DNA of 62,237 bases from positions 54,966,973 through 55,029,209 of the forward strand of contig NC_057719.1 of the NCBI RefSeq assembly GCF_004010195.1, read 5' to 3'. This DNA comes from Chiloscyllium plagiosum (Eukaryota). A program made the position numbers and the translations under genes. The notes beneath the pieces were generated by a model. It was not told where the DNA came from. It ran no database searches and was given only the letters and a program-made list of their open reading frames with translations. The first letter of the stretch is position 1. Each line of letters begins with the position of its first letter. Positions 12,560 to 25,580 of the stretch are shown here, in pieces.

Positions 12560-13620
12560 TAGGTTGTGATGGGACATTGTCAGGACAATGTAGGATAATG
12601 TCCTGCACTGGAGGGCAAATCAGTAATGTTGGAGAATCCATAGCCCAAGCTGCTTGACTCTGAGAGTCAGAGAGTCATAGAGATGTACAACATGGAAAAA
12701 GATCCTTCAGTCCAACTCATCCAAACCAATCTAGTCCCACCTGCCAGCACCCGGCTCATATCCCTCCAAACCCTTCCTATTCATATACCCCTCCAGATGC
12801 CTTTTAAATGTTGCAATCATACCAGCCGCCACCACTTCCTCTGGCAGCTCATTCCATACACATACCACCCTCTGTGTGAAAAAGTTGCCCCTTAGGTCTC
12901 TTTTAATCTTTCCCCTCTCACTCTAAACCTTTGCCCTCTAGTTCTGGCCTCCCCCACCCCAGGGAAGAGACTTCTGTCTACTTATCTTATCCATGCTCCT
13001 CATAATTTTATAAACCTCTATAGAATCTGATAGGATTCGCAACCAACAGCATTTTTTGCAGATATAATCCTCAGTGACACGTAAACTCTCCCTGAACTCC
13101 CACATCAGACAAGAAGACCATGTCACTCTACTAAAGGCCATTTTTGCTTCTTCCAATCTACAGACCAAGAAAATAGCACTGTCTTATTCCTCTACAATCA
13201 CTGATCCAGGCTAACTTAATACTTATGGCTTATATTTCTTAGTATAGGGATAGAATGTGGAGCGTTGTGTTTTGAGAAAATGGCATCAGTTACATCCTGG
13301 ATGCATTTATGGATCAAGGATTGGGAGAGGCTGCACAGGCGCCCAGTTGCTCATGAAATGAGCTACTATCATAAAATTTGAGGGCATCTGCAACCTGGAC
13401 AGCCACTAGGTTGGGATTGCCATCTAATCTTTCTGACAACTAAGCCTGCTCCTGCAAATGACACAGTTCAGTGCTGATGGCCCAGGACTTCCTTAACACT
13501 GTCTTCAGAAGAAAATGACAGAGAGGTCTATAGATCCAAGGTCTCCTTACTCCTTTTGACATACGTGATAGATTTTCACCTGCTGCTTCCTGCTGTTGAG
13601 GCTGTGTGGAAACTGTTGAG
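12560..13620 (-). mobile_element. Harbinger (HARBI1-like) transposase fossil interrupted by a CR1
   Basis: Minus translation 'ELCHL...VAVQVADALKFYDSSSF..LCSLSQSLIHKCIQDVTDAIF' (13275-13495) and C-terminal 'ALQCRTLSYIVLTMSHHNL' (12560-12616). Confidence 0.75.
12664..13240 (-). mobile_element. Internally deleted CR1 LINE (5' end/ORF1 start fused to ORF2 3' end)
   Basis: 13025-13240 matches the CR1 5' region at 52350-52560; 12664-13020 matches the CR1 3' end. ORF 12938..13168 reads ...YICKKCCWLRILSDS|IEVYKIMR... Confidence 0.85.
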
Positions 13621-14819
13621 GAATAGTCACCATTCTGTCCAGTCCAAAGATGTGCAGGTTAAGTGGATACGGATAGTACAATTAATGTTGCAACTTTATT
13701 CCTAAAGCCTAAATGCTTTTGAAAATTCAAAGTTCTTTTTTGTCCCTACATATTCCCCATGTGTAGGCCTGACTTATTGGGACCTGCTCTCAGGCTGTCT
13801 CTATTCACAATGAGATCCTAAACCTTTATCTAAAATTCCCCAATATCGCTGCTTCCCATACACCATATTCCTCAATGACACAATACAGTGGAGCCCATCT
13901 TCAGACTTGGGTTGTTCATTTTCCCAAGGACTTCAAGACTTCCTCTGTTAAGTCCCTGGCTATTATTCACCAATTTCCAGGAATAAGCCTGACCCAACCC
14001 CAGAGAGACCCAAGCTACTTCTGTCTAACCCCTTCCTCCACCCCACCCCAACCCAGACTGATTTCTCCATTGTACCCAAACTGATCTACCTGTAATTCCT
14101 TATCTGTTTGCACTTGACCTACCAGACTGACCATTGCCCAATCCCCAGAGTTCAAGAACATGGCTCCTTGGATTCTGCTAAGACCAAAATTTGACTGACA
14201 GTGACCAACTTCTTGGATTGGAGTCAGGTGAGCACCTTGACTGAATATGGTTGTACTACCTGACTGACTACAGTTTCCCTTTACCCTTCTCCCTTCTCTG
14301 CTTAAAAATAAGGCAAGGCACGAAGATGGCAGCCTGTAACAGAACCCTGAAAAGTCTGTACATTGCAAATGCAAAATGAGCGACCTAGAGGCTGGCATTC
14401 CATAAATCAATGCTCAAGCCAGGAAGTGTGCACTCAGAAAATAACGTGAATTATGAAAGAGGATGTAACCTGCAAACAAACACAGTCTGAGTAAACTCTA
14501 AGAAAGCAAGCTAATATGCATTACATACACTGTGCCATTTGTTTGAAATGCGTTTGTCCCTGTGTGAATAACATCCTGGCAGGAACTTGCAAATCCCACA
14601 TGTCGCTGAGTTCCAAAGTGATGTGTTGAAGGGCTGAAGTAGTGTGTGAGTTGGTCGGAGAATGGGCATGAAGGGGCAGCAGTGCTGGTTTGCTGATGGT
14701 GACTTGTGTGGATAAGAGGACGAGAAGGTTTATGGCCTTGGATCATGCAGGGACATGTCCTGAAGAAGCAGTTGGGGGATGGCTGGAACAAGCATTTGGC
14801 CAGCTGCAACCATCAGATG

Positions 14820-17480
14820 TCTGCTCCAGCCTACTTGAGGAGAGTTTGTGTTATCCAGTCTGTCAAGAAACTTGAGGAGAAATGGTAATGGCAATAAGGT
14901 GAATTGGGAGCTTTTATGAATGGAATTGCAAGGACACAAGGTAGTCATTGCTGAATAGTGAGATTCTGAAGTTGCCATTTAAAGCTTGAGGGAAAATCTC
15001 TGCTATTTACCTCAAGATAGAGATTCTGATTTTATCAGTCTCTATATATTCTCATCCTTCTTGTCATTGCTCACTTTGCATCTGGAAGAGGACAATAGAG
15101 TTAGATTTATGTTCAATTTTGACAGGAATAGGAGGCATTACAGGGCCTACAAACACTTTTCAACCATCCTTAACAATTTAATTTTCTTCATAGAAATTTT
15201 ATGAAAAATGTAGCAGCAATCCTATTAACTGTCTTATTCTGAATTGCATGAAGAAACAGAAAATAATAGATCATAGAAGAATAAATTGTGCTGATGCACT
15301 TTATTTAAAAAAAAACCTTAATCAATGCCTGTTTTGTTGCAGTACTGAAGACTGTATGCCCTTAATGAACCAGTGTCATGTAGAGTCATAAATGTACCAT
15401 GGGTTAATTTCTAACTTCATGGATCTTGGGCATGGTAGCAGAATCAGCATTACAGCATGTTTCAGTGTTTCTGGATAATGAAAGTGAATGCCATATATAG
15501 GGGAACTAAAGCCAATAGCACTTGAAGCCTGAGAATGTGCAATTAACACACTTGTTGATTGAAATTCAGGCAGTGCACTAATTGCATGCTGCCTGCAGAT
15601 TTATTTCATTGCAGTCTACAGCCAGCCTGAACTGAGCTGATGTTTGTTTTGACCCCTAAGCAGGTGGTCAATAGCATGGCTGACTCGCAACAGGTAAGGT
15701 TTGCCTGCAGTATTTAAAAATATTGTAGCCTACACTTCTTAAAGGGGAACTGCATTGTTGCTGGCACAGTGGCTGAGATTTCTTTGTGAGCTGAATGTGA
15801 CCTGTGACATTAACAATTCATCAATTTTTCAATTTTACAGACACCGGACTGAAAGTATTCTTGGTGGAAGAGTGGGAAATGAAACAATTCTGCAGGCCTT
15901 TCAGTCCCACGTTAAAGTGGCAAGGGGATCAAGTAGCAGTAGAGGTCAATGCATGCTATCTAGCCCTCATTACTTGGTTGCAGTACTGTGTAAAATCCAA
16001 CAAACTCACAAGTGCTCAAGGTCAATGAATGCCTCATCCTGCTAACTGCATCACTATCCCCAGACACTGCACAGTGCACTCACACCGACACCACTCAAAT
16101 TCCAACAAGCTCATTGCCTGTACCACTCTCTTCTCCCCACCTTCTATTCACTGACAATTCCAATAAGACCAGGAATCTGCGGAACCAAAGTTAAACTGCA
16201 AAAGGCAAATTAATATCTCTGTAATATGGTAACTTAGAACTAGGGAAAGTAGACTCTCGAGCCTATTTTCCCATTCCATGAGATCATAGGTAATCCTGAA
16301 ACTGATGACAGATCTCTCTCTAAGGAATTACAACTCATGAAGTCGAATAACCTGCAGTTAAATACAGAAGTCAGCCGTTTGAAGGCACATTTGCAGATCA
16401 TATTTTTCCTAGATTTCACTCCGAATCTATCCCCCAATCCATGCACTTATTGAAATTTAAAGTTCCCTTAAACCGTCTCAGATTAGTATTAGTTATAAAC
16501 TACAAAATCACCTTTTAACGTATCTATTGAAGTGTGTGTCCATCTTTCAAACTGTCTTATTGGCGGGCTTCTTTGTCTGAATCACAGTGGCTGACTCCTC
16601 AGTTCCAAAGTTTTGTTTTTCAATGTACAGACAGTCCGTTTAGTATCAATGCCTCCTCATCACACCTTTTTTCTAGAATGTATATCTCCTTTCAGTGTAC
16701 GTATCTCTTGTTTTAATACATTTCTTTGTGAAACTTAGCATGTTTCTTCCATTTGAATTCGGTATTGGTGACTAGACAGCTGTCCTTGTCTTGTAAATTA
16801 GTCATTCTCATTAATTACATATTGTCAGATTTACTAAACATTCTCCTCTGATTTTCATTATATACCTCCCTGTCTGATTGTCTGGCTGCATTGATGAAGC
16901 TACAACTGGTTGTACAGACAATATAAAATTGAACTCTGACGCAGAGAAACTGAATTTACAGTAATCTTGCACTGTAACTCTGAAAGGTGGCAACTGATTT
17001 AAAGGTAGCAAAACTTCATAATGAAGAAATGACATGTCTTGATGGAAAATTTATTTGCTACTGGTATTTTGATGGAGGAACGCTGGCTAAGTCTATATAT
17101 TGTGCATAGTATCATTTATATATACTTTGGACCAGATGTAGTTCTTATTCTGACAACAGAATGCTGTATCAATATTCAACAGACAATATCAGCCCAGATT
17201 ACAACCCACATGCACAAACTTCAGACTCAGAAGCAAAGGTATGGACAACTGAACCACAGTGATACTGGCTTACATGGCTAAAGAAATACATGAAATAACT
17301 TCTGCTCCTGCCTATCAAGGAATGTCACAGACATAATATGTCAACTGTTCCATGTTCTATCCTGGGCTTGAGGACAAACTGCAGTAGCATTGTCTGATCG
17401 TTAGTTGACTAGCTATGGTTGCTTTTATACCTGACCCCATTCACTCCTAGATAGTTTATTCAGTTAGTTAGTTACTGTTA
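14820..17480 (+). pseudogene. Decayed TRIM gene, copy E
   Basis: RING 'LLEESLCYPVCQET*GEMV..R*IGSFYEWNC' (14830-14930), B-box 'LTLHLEEDN...RRHYRAYKHF' (15070-15160), coiled-coil end 'ETDDRSLSKELQLMK' (~16300-16345), SPRY 'ENLFATG', 'PQ*YWLTWLK' (~17255-17285), 'MVAF..D'. Confidence 0.6.
15400..16200 (+). mobile_element. Harbinger Myb/SANT-like ORF fossil
   Basis: ORF 15804..16028 'FTDTGLKVFLVEE...QVAVEVNAC..LITWLQYCVKSNKLT' resembles the Myb/SANT-like trihelix domain. Followed by aag|gt at 16020/16021. Confidence 0.7.
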
Positions 17481-17897
17481 GTGCATTCTATTTCCTTTAC
17501 TTCAACTGGTTGTGCCATCTCCTTGCTCAAAGCTACCCAGTTTTCAAAAGCTATTGTAATGTCTGAACTCACATTGGTCATCACAGTTTTGCCCATCCAC
17601 AGTTTGACATATGCAATACCCTTGGGCTCTGTTTAGCTTAAAATAACTTGATGCACTGGAATGCAATAATAATTCTGTGGTTATGACACAGAGCAGAGAG
17701 TGCAGGGGGAATTGACAGTGACATGATGGTAAACATTCTCTGTGTCTCCTGATTTAAAATGATTCCACTGCCTAAATGTCCTTCTGAAATAGAGTTTGTT
17801 TCTTTGTTTAGGATCAGCACTCCAGTGATGTAAAGGGCCATTATTCAGGGCAGACTTGATTGGTGTCAGTGAGGAGAAGGTGCTGGTAGGGACTTTA

Positions 17898-18158
17898 AGA
17901 TTAGATTTAGATTAGATTAGATTACTTTACAGTGTGGAAACAGGCCCTTTGGCCCAACAAGTCCACACCGCCCCGCCGAAGCGCAAACCACCCATACCCC
18001 TACATTTACCCCTTTCCTAACACTATGGGCAATTTAGCATGGCCAATTCACCTGACCTGCACATCTTTGGATTGTGGGAGGAAACCGGAGCACCTGGAGG
18101 AAACCCACGCAGACACGGGGAGAATGTGCAAACTCCACACAGTCAGTCACCTGAGGCG
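17898..18158 (-). mobile_element. V-SINE (HE1-like), 5'-truncated
   Basis: (gatta)n tail and reverse complement of the SINE core. Confidence 0.9.
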
Positions 18159-18954
18159 ATAAGTGGAGATAAATTTGTTATCTTCTGGGCTATATGTACT
18201 TGTATGCGTTTACAGAACAGGGAGTGAGTAACAAAATATGTTGGTGACAGTAGCTAGTCAATGAGGGAGGAGGTTCATAGAGAGGTACTATGTAAGTGTC
18301 AGACTCAATGGGCCAAATAGCCTAATTCTGGTCCTATATCTTATGATCAAAATCTTGTAACTTGTGTCTTACATCAGTATCCAAGCTCTAGGTCTCAAAT
18401 TTCCAAGGAGAAATGTTATGGAGATTGGCTGATGATATCTTTCAACTTGTCCACTTAATCAGCATCAACATTCCCATGTGTCTTAAAAGGTTCATATTGT
18501 TAAATTGTGCAAATTATAACATCAAAGAAAGCTAAGGAAAACCTTTCAAAGTGCATAATCTTACGTTTAATCTTGTGATTAACATTCTCAAAATACTCCT
18601 TCAAAAAGTAAACCCATTCAAGTCTTCTACTCACATACATCTAGATATCACTATTAGTGTCTCTCAATTTTCTTCACTTAGACTAATGTCAACTCCTTGC
18701 CTCAAATTTACACATTTGCAAACTTTTTTGTGTTACTTGAACTCAGTGATATGTTCTGAGAGTAACTCTTGCAATGTGCCATTGATTTATCTCATTAAAA
18801 AAGGTCTAGAAACACTTCAGTTTTAATGTTCTCATCCTTATTTGTATTTTCACTATGCCTATCTCTATACTAGCTTCCAAGACTTTAATTTCAATAGATT
18901 TGTTTTTGCTCATATTTAATCATTGTGATAGTTGCATTTGTGTCTTCTAAAATT

Positions 18955-19083
18955 CACTTCATCTGATGAAGGAGCAGCTCTCCAAAAGCTAGTGTTTTCA
19001 GATAAACTTGTTGAGCTATAAACCAAGTGTTGTATGATTTTTGACCTTGTCCGACACAGTCCAACACCAGCACCTCCACATTA
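18955..19083 (+). mobile_element. Penelope-like family 1 pLTR/tail fragment
   Basis: ctgatgaaggagcagctctccaaaagctagtg...cagtccaacaccagcacctccaca. Confidence 0.8.
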
Positions 19084-19354
19084 TATCTCTGTAAGCACAT
19101 CCAACCTATCCAATTTTCCAGTATCTTTTTACTGCTTGAAATGTGACCTCTTTAATAACCCTGACTTTTATTAATTCATTGTTGATAGTCATGGTGAGTT
19201 AGACAGGGAGGTGGCATTTTTGCAAAGTTAATGGACTGAAAACTATGGGTTTGAGTTTAGTCAACATTGCCCCTTATCTGAAGTTTTCTTATCATTCATA
19301 CATTAGTAACGGCAAAGCACCATTAGACATACTATACCTTTGACAGGAAAAATT

Positions 19355-20372
19355 AAAGTTAAAAATCACACTACATTAGGTTATAGTCCAACAGGTTTAT
19401 TTGGAAGCACTAGCATTCGGAACGCTGCTCCTTCATCAGGTAGCTGTGGAGCACGACCATAAGACACAGAATTTATAACAAAAGATTACAGTGTCATGTA
19501 ACTGAAATTATATATTGAACAAACCTAGATTTGGTACCCATGAGAATGGCCTCAACCGGGACCTTGGGTTTATGTCAAACTACAGGTGACCCCACTACAC
19601 CATATAATCAGACCCTATCTTGAACACACATTGTCTCTCATACACAGACACATACACACCCGACACTTACATCCACATGCACACCCTCTCACAGGCTTGT
19701 ACTCCATCGCATTCACACACACACACTTTACCAAGCATGCACATATGCAAACACACACTCTCTCATATGCACTCACACTCACCTGTGCACACTCACATGC
19801 AGACACTCACTCTCCATCTTGCAGGCGCACACACATATAAGTCTTTGGGGTGAACTTGCATTTGCAGAATTGTGTTTTCAGATGCATTCTATTTTGCTCA
19901 AAAAGTGCACAATCTACAGGCAGTCAGTCCATGTAATATTTTATAAATTCCACTTTGGAAATAGAACCAGTCTGACTCAAGATTGGGATACAGGCAGACT
20001 CTAACCTCACACCTTTACAAATGAACATGTCATTGTCTGAGCTGAGATGTCACTGTGTTTTTTATAAAACCTTAAGTTATCTTGAGAATATGATGTAAAA
20101 TAAGTTCTGGGATTTACCTATTAATGAACCAAAACCTGCAACCCATTCCAAAAGATGAAAGACTTAACAGCAATCCAGATTTGCTCAATATATCATTTCA
20201 GTTACATGACACTGTGGTCTTTTGTGATAAATTCTGATCCTGCTCCACAGCTACCTAATGAAGGAGCAATGCTCAGAAAGCTAGTGCTTCCAAATAAACC
20301 TGTTGGATTATAACCTGGTGTTGTGTGATTTTTAACTTTGTCCACCCCAGTCTAACACTGGCTCCTCCACAT
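19355..20372 (+). mobile_element. Penelope-like element, family 1, truncated, with inverted pLTR
   Basis: ~175-bp inverted repeat (19355-19530 vs ~20175-20340). GIY-YIG C-terminus 'GTHENGLNRDLGFMSNYR*' at 19533-19589, then a CA-rich spacer. TSD caggaaaa(a/g)tt at 19344-19354 and 20373-20383. Confidence 0.85.
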
Positions 20373-22079
20373 CAGGAAAAGTTTAGGTCAATGTATATGT
20401 AGCTGGCAATGTACATCAATGGATCAAGTTTTATTTCACTGAGGTTTAATGAAATCTCTTGAGGTGTAGTTGATGTTGTCAGATACACGAAAAACAATTT
20501 TCTACATAAGAGGAAGGTTTTTACACTGCCTCCCATTATTAGATAGAATAGTTGTTTCAGGGTGTCACAGAGAGAACAAATCAAACCTCTTTTAAAATAA
20601 GGTATTTCAGTCTTCCAAGGACATTGATCATAAAATTCAGCATGGATGAGAAGATCTGATGCAGCACCGAAAGGTGTTGTGTGTAGCTTGTAGTGTTGTA
20701 TAAGATGTGTGGAATGGGGAAATGTTGGCTCATTTATCAATGAATCCTGAAACGTCAAGATATTCATTTGTTAAACTTTCTTTGTGTAATAGTAGACATT
20801 TCTATGCATGTTTCAGATGATGATTTTACTATTATTTATACCTACCTATCAATGGTACGAATTGAGTGCCATATACTGACTCTTGTTTTCTGGAATGCAT
20901 AGTTTGAGTATAATGAAAGATTGCACAGAGGAAAAAAAATGAATAAAATGGCAAAAATTAAATACGTTGAGCTAGTTATCAATTGTAGTGAATGACTTCT
21001 GTATAATATTTTTGTTTAAACTACACTTCATTTTGGGATATGGGTGTTGCTGACAAACCAGGATGCTTTCCCTATCCCCAGTTGCCCGAAGAAGGAAATA
21101 GCAGGCCAGGTCTCTGACCTGCTGCAGTACATATTGGTTTGAAACTCAGTGATTTGTTAGCCTATTTGAGATGGTATTTAGGAATCAATTATGTGGCTCA
21201 ACATCAATCTCTTTCTTTGTGGTCTCTGCTTCTTAGCCTGCAAAAAATCTTATTTTCAAAAACCGATCCAGGAAAATATCACTCAGAATCAAGGCTACAA
21301 TATAAACACTGGCAGTTATTGCTGTTGTTACCAAATGGACCCAAGAGTTCTGAAATGGACTCAACTCATAGTCTCATTGATAATCTGGGCTGACCATTCT
21401 CTAGGATTTTTTTTTCTCCGACATTAGAGTTTTCTAGCTTGTCATTATTACTGGACTTTTGACAACTTCCTTTTCTAAATCCTTTCTCCTCAAGAGTACA
21501 CTTACCAGACAGTTTTCAGTTTATTAAAAAATCTTGTTCAGTTTCTGCCAATAAATGAGCATTTGCTTTTCCTACTTCAGAGAATGTAAATCATATAAAA
21601 TTGGTTTTATTCTGCAGCCAACTTCTGCTTATTTTCTTTTCAATTTTTTTTGCTCTATTTTGCTTATGTCCAACTGGTATTGCCTCAATATTTTAGTAAT
21701 TTTTCATGCTTTCTTCATTTGCACAGTCCTGACAGATTCTTTAAAAGCCTTTTTTTCTCTACCATTTGAATGCTTAAAATCAACATTTTTTTCACAATTA
21801 ACCTCCTTATATGTGTTCTGCAAATTGAGTCAAAAAAGATTAATGAGTAGATAGCTCAATCCTTGGTCGCCTCTTGATTATCATATGGTTTTGATAGTTT
21901 CTCCTCTTTAAGCATCTTAATTGCCATATCTTTTTATCCATTATATTAGCTAAGAAAAGCCAGTGGAGTTTAAAACCATCATTCACTCTCTTGATCGATT
22001 TCTACTCTGCCCCAATCGGGACTTACTTTTCTCTATCATTTATTTCCAGTAAATTAATCTGTTAATTTATTATTAGCTT

Positions 22080-24040
22080 CATTTGATTTGATTTATTATT
22101 ATCACATATATCATACAGATAATGAAAAGTATTATTTTGCATGCCAACCAGGCAAATCATACCTTATTTAAGCACATCAGGGTAATAGAATAGAATGCAG
22201 AATATAGTGCTGCAACGACAGAGAAGGTGCAGAGAAAGATCAACTCTAATGAATGAAAAGTCCATTCATGAATCTGATTTAGTTGCAGGGAAGAAGCAAT
22301 CTGTTGGTAGGTGTTTTCAAACCTTTGTATCTTCTGCCCAATCAAAGATGGTGGAAGAGACTATAACTGAGTGGGGTGGGTCATTGATTAATTTGGTTGC
22401 TTTTGCGAAGTGGCATTGTAGACGGAGGCAATGGAAGAAAGGCTAATTTTCGTGACGGACTGGGCTGCGTTCCTACAACTCGCTGTAATTTTTTTGCAGA
22501 GCAGAAGTAAAGACAATAGTGTGCTTTCTTGACTCTAGCTTTGACCTGGATGTACCAGGATAGATCTTTGGGAATATTTACTCCAAGGGATTGAAGCTCT
22601 TGACCAGCTTCACCTCAGCCCCGAATACAGACAGGGGCATGTCTTCTACTCTGCTTCCTGAAGTCGATGACCAACTCCTTCATTTTGCTGACATGAAGGG
22701 AGAGATTGTAGTCTTTACACCTTGCCATCAAGTCATTTATCTCTTTCCTGTACTCCATAACATTGTTGTTTGAGACCCGACTAACTATAGTGGTGTTCTC
22801 ATCAAATTTGTAGATGGAGTTAGAGCTGAATTTGGTCACATATTTGTGAATGTATAAGGAGTATAATAAGGGGCTGAGTTTGCAGCTTTGTGAGGTACTG
22901 GTGTTGAGGATTATTGTGGTGGAGGTGTTGTCATCTAGTCTTACTGATTATGATCTGTGGGTCAGAAAGTTGAGAATCTAATTGCAGAGGGGGAGCAGAG
23001 TCTAGGTCTCTGAATTTGGAAATGAGTTTGGTTCGAATTAAAGTATTGAAGGTAGAGCTGAAGTAAATAAATAGGAGGCTGAAATATGTGTCCTTGTTAT
23101 CCAGATGTTCCAAGGATGAGTGTAGGGCCAGGGAGGTAGCGTCTGCCAAGGACTTATTGTGACAGTGGATGAATTGTAATAGATCAAGGCAATCTGGCAG
23201 GTTGCAGTTGGTGTTGTGTCCTTACTAATCTCTCGAAGCACTTCATCATAATGGAATGTCAGAGTCACTGGATTGTAGTCATTAAGACACGTTGTCTGAT
23301 TTTTCTTTGACACCAGGATGATAGTGGTTTTCTTGAAGCAGGTGAGAACCTTATATCATAATAAGGAGAGGTTAAATATGCCTACAAATACTCCCACCAA
23401 CTGGTCCAAGCAGGATCTGCGTGCACAGCTGGGAACTCCATCCAGGTCAGTTGCTTTCTATGGGTTTACTCTCAGGAAGGCTGATCTAATGTCTGTGGGG
23501 ATGTCTGTGGGTACAGGTGTACCAGAGGTTGTCAGAGCAGGTGGCATCATTTCAGTGACCTCCTGTTCAGAGCGAGAGTAGAATGCCTTGAGTAAGGATG
23601 TATTGTTGCCTAAGATCCTGTTCAACTTCGCTTTGTAGCCCATTCTACCGTGTAAGCATTGCCACAATCGACGTGTATTTGTGTGGTTAGTCTGGGATTC
23701 TAGTTTAGTTTGGTATTGCCTCTTAGCATCTCTGATGGTTTTACGAAGGCCATACCTAGATTTCCTGTATAGATCAGGATTGGCCGACTTGAACACCTCA
23801 GACCTGAACATCAGTAGAACTTGGATCTCCCAGTTCATCCATAGTTTCCGGTTGGGGAACACTCGGATTAACTTCTTTGACACATAGTCTTCTGCTAACT
23901 TACGGATGAGGTCTGTGACAAATGTCATATTCATTTAGGTTGACCGCTGAGTTCTTGAATATTTACCACCACCGATTCTGAGCAGTCATGTAGGAGCTTG
24001 TCCTCAATCCAGCACTGTATGACTTTCTGTACCTGGCTTT
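22080..24040 (-). mobile_element. Rex1/Babar LINE, 5'-truncated
   Basis: ORFs 'IRVFPNRKLWMN..LRKTIRDAKRQY', 'CLNDYNPVTLT', '[21 protein letters not shown]', 'LSLHVSKMKELVIDFRK'; (atttg)n-type tail. Confidence 0.9.
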
Positions 24041-24294
24041 GGATTTAGTTTTGGATTTGCATCAAGGTGTACAATTGGACACCTGTTTGATTCATTTGTC
24101 TAGAATTCTCTCAGAAATTTTGGTGAAACAAATAATCTTTTAAAATAACTACCCAAGACAGGAATTTCAGATGAACTTGTGGAGTGCCTGCAATTTAACA
24201 TTCCATATGTTTTCTGCAGAGCATTCCCTTTTCTATAAAATCTTTTTTAAAATCTGTCATTGCATTTTCAGTTTTATGTAAAATTTATGAATTT

Positions 24295-24980
24295 GAGAGT
24301 GGGTTTTCAGCCCTTTGAGCCTACTCTGCCATCAACCCTACAATCTTGCCTACCCCACTAACCTATCACCCCATTGCTTAACAAGAATCTGCCTATGTCT
24401 GTGTATAATATTTTGCCTTTACTACCTATTTGAGGAAGACATTTCCAAAAATTCTCAGCACTCTTAATTAAATAACAAGTCTTTATCTGTCATATATGAA
24501 CAACCTCTAGTTTTTATATAGTGACGCCTGTTGTAGATGCCCCATCAGAGAAAACAGCCTTTCCACATCCATCCTGTCAAGACCTCTCTTCTCTTCTCCA
24601 GATACAATCATAGCCTGCCTAGCCTATACCCCTAAGACAAGCCACCCATTCAGGGTACTAGCCCGGTAAAGCTTCTCTGAACAGCCTCCAATGCATTTAG
24701 ATCATTCCTTAAATGAGGAGATCCACACACTAAATCAGATGCCTATGACATCCTTACTTTTTGTTTTCAATTGCCTTCAGAATAAACTATATCATTTTAC
24801 TTACTTTTATACTAACCTTGTTACTTGTATACTAACCTTCTGGAATAAATGCACTAGGACACCATGTATTACTTCATCTCAGTGTTCTGCAATTATTCAT
24901 TATGGAGGTAATATGCTCCTTTTTATTCATTCTGCCAAAATGGGCAATTCTACATTTTTCCATATTAAGCTTCAGTTGAA
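24295..24980 (-). mobile_element. Old CR1 LINE 3' fragment
   Basis: Degenerate match to the CR1 3' end (ttcagccctttgagcctactctgccat...). Confidence 0.6.
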
Positions 24981-25580
24981 TGAGGTGTCCTGGGACACCA
25001 GGAGAAAACAGTACAGACTGTAAAAGCCCTGCAGGTGGAACTCTGCAGCAGATGGCACAGAGGTATCGAGCACAACATGGTCACACTCATCGACTGTATA
25101 TGTATTGAGTCCAGAGAGGCAAGAATCCCCTGTTCAATTCCAATTGCAAGTGCAGTTTACCAGTTTGTTCTTTTTCAGTTTGTTTATTGTTTAATACAAG
25201 TTTAAGTTACAAAGTGACAAGAAAAATTCAAAAAGCATTTTATGCTCCATGTTTCAATCACAATGACGTTTTATGCTAATATGTGTACTACAGAAAGGAG
25301 AGCTATCCTTTTGACCAGATTATAACCTCATATGGTGCTAAGGCTGCCCATTCCACCTCTAGTCTTGTGGTTGCGGCTAAAATGAAATCTCATCCTATAG
25401 GCAATGGTGCAAAGTGAACATGTATTTACAATTATAATGTTGTATTTAAAATGAAACGTCATGCATGCCAACTCCATGCCATCATAAGACTTTATATTAC
25501 CCTTCCCTCCCACTATGTCCAGGGTGCGCCCACTGAGGTATTGGGACCCTGCCCTATAGTGGAGCCTGTTGGCTTGAGGG

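Larger units (their letters stand above)
18700..24120 (-). pseudogene. Decayed TRIM gene, copy F, split by Rex1 and Penelope insertions
   Basis: 'TNESNRCPIVHLD' (~24060-24100), then the Rex insertion, then 'YWK..P..LANIMDK', 'RCLK..EEKL', 'H*SFL..TYKE', 'HEKLLK', 'ETEQDFL' and a gtaagt donor (~21505). Linker 'KLDPLMYIA' (~20405-20430). PRY after an acceptor (exon starts 19235) 'PLTL...NNELIKVR'. SPRY 'EVFLDL', 'EHITEF'. Confidence 0.6.

Noticed and set aside
10523..13620. One complete Harbinger element with convergent Myb and transposase ORFs
   Set aside because: SPRY-like sequence lies between the parts (12000-12400) and no convincing right TIR was found, so I treated them as separate fragments.
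19586..19853. His/Thr-rich and Cys/Val-rich ORFs
   Set aside because: Translation of a degenerate (CA)n tract within the Penelope element.
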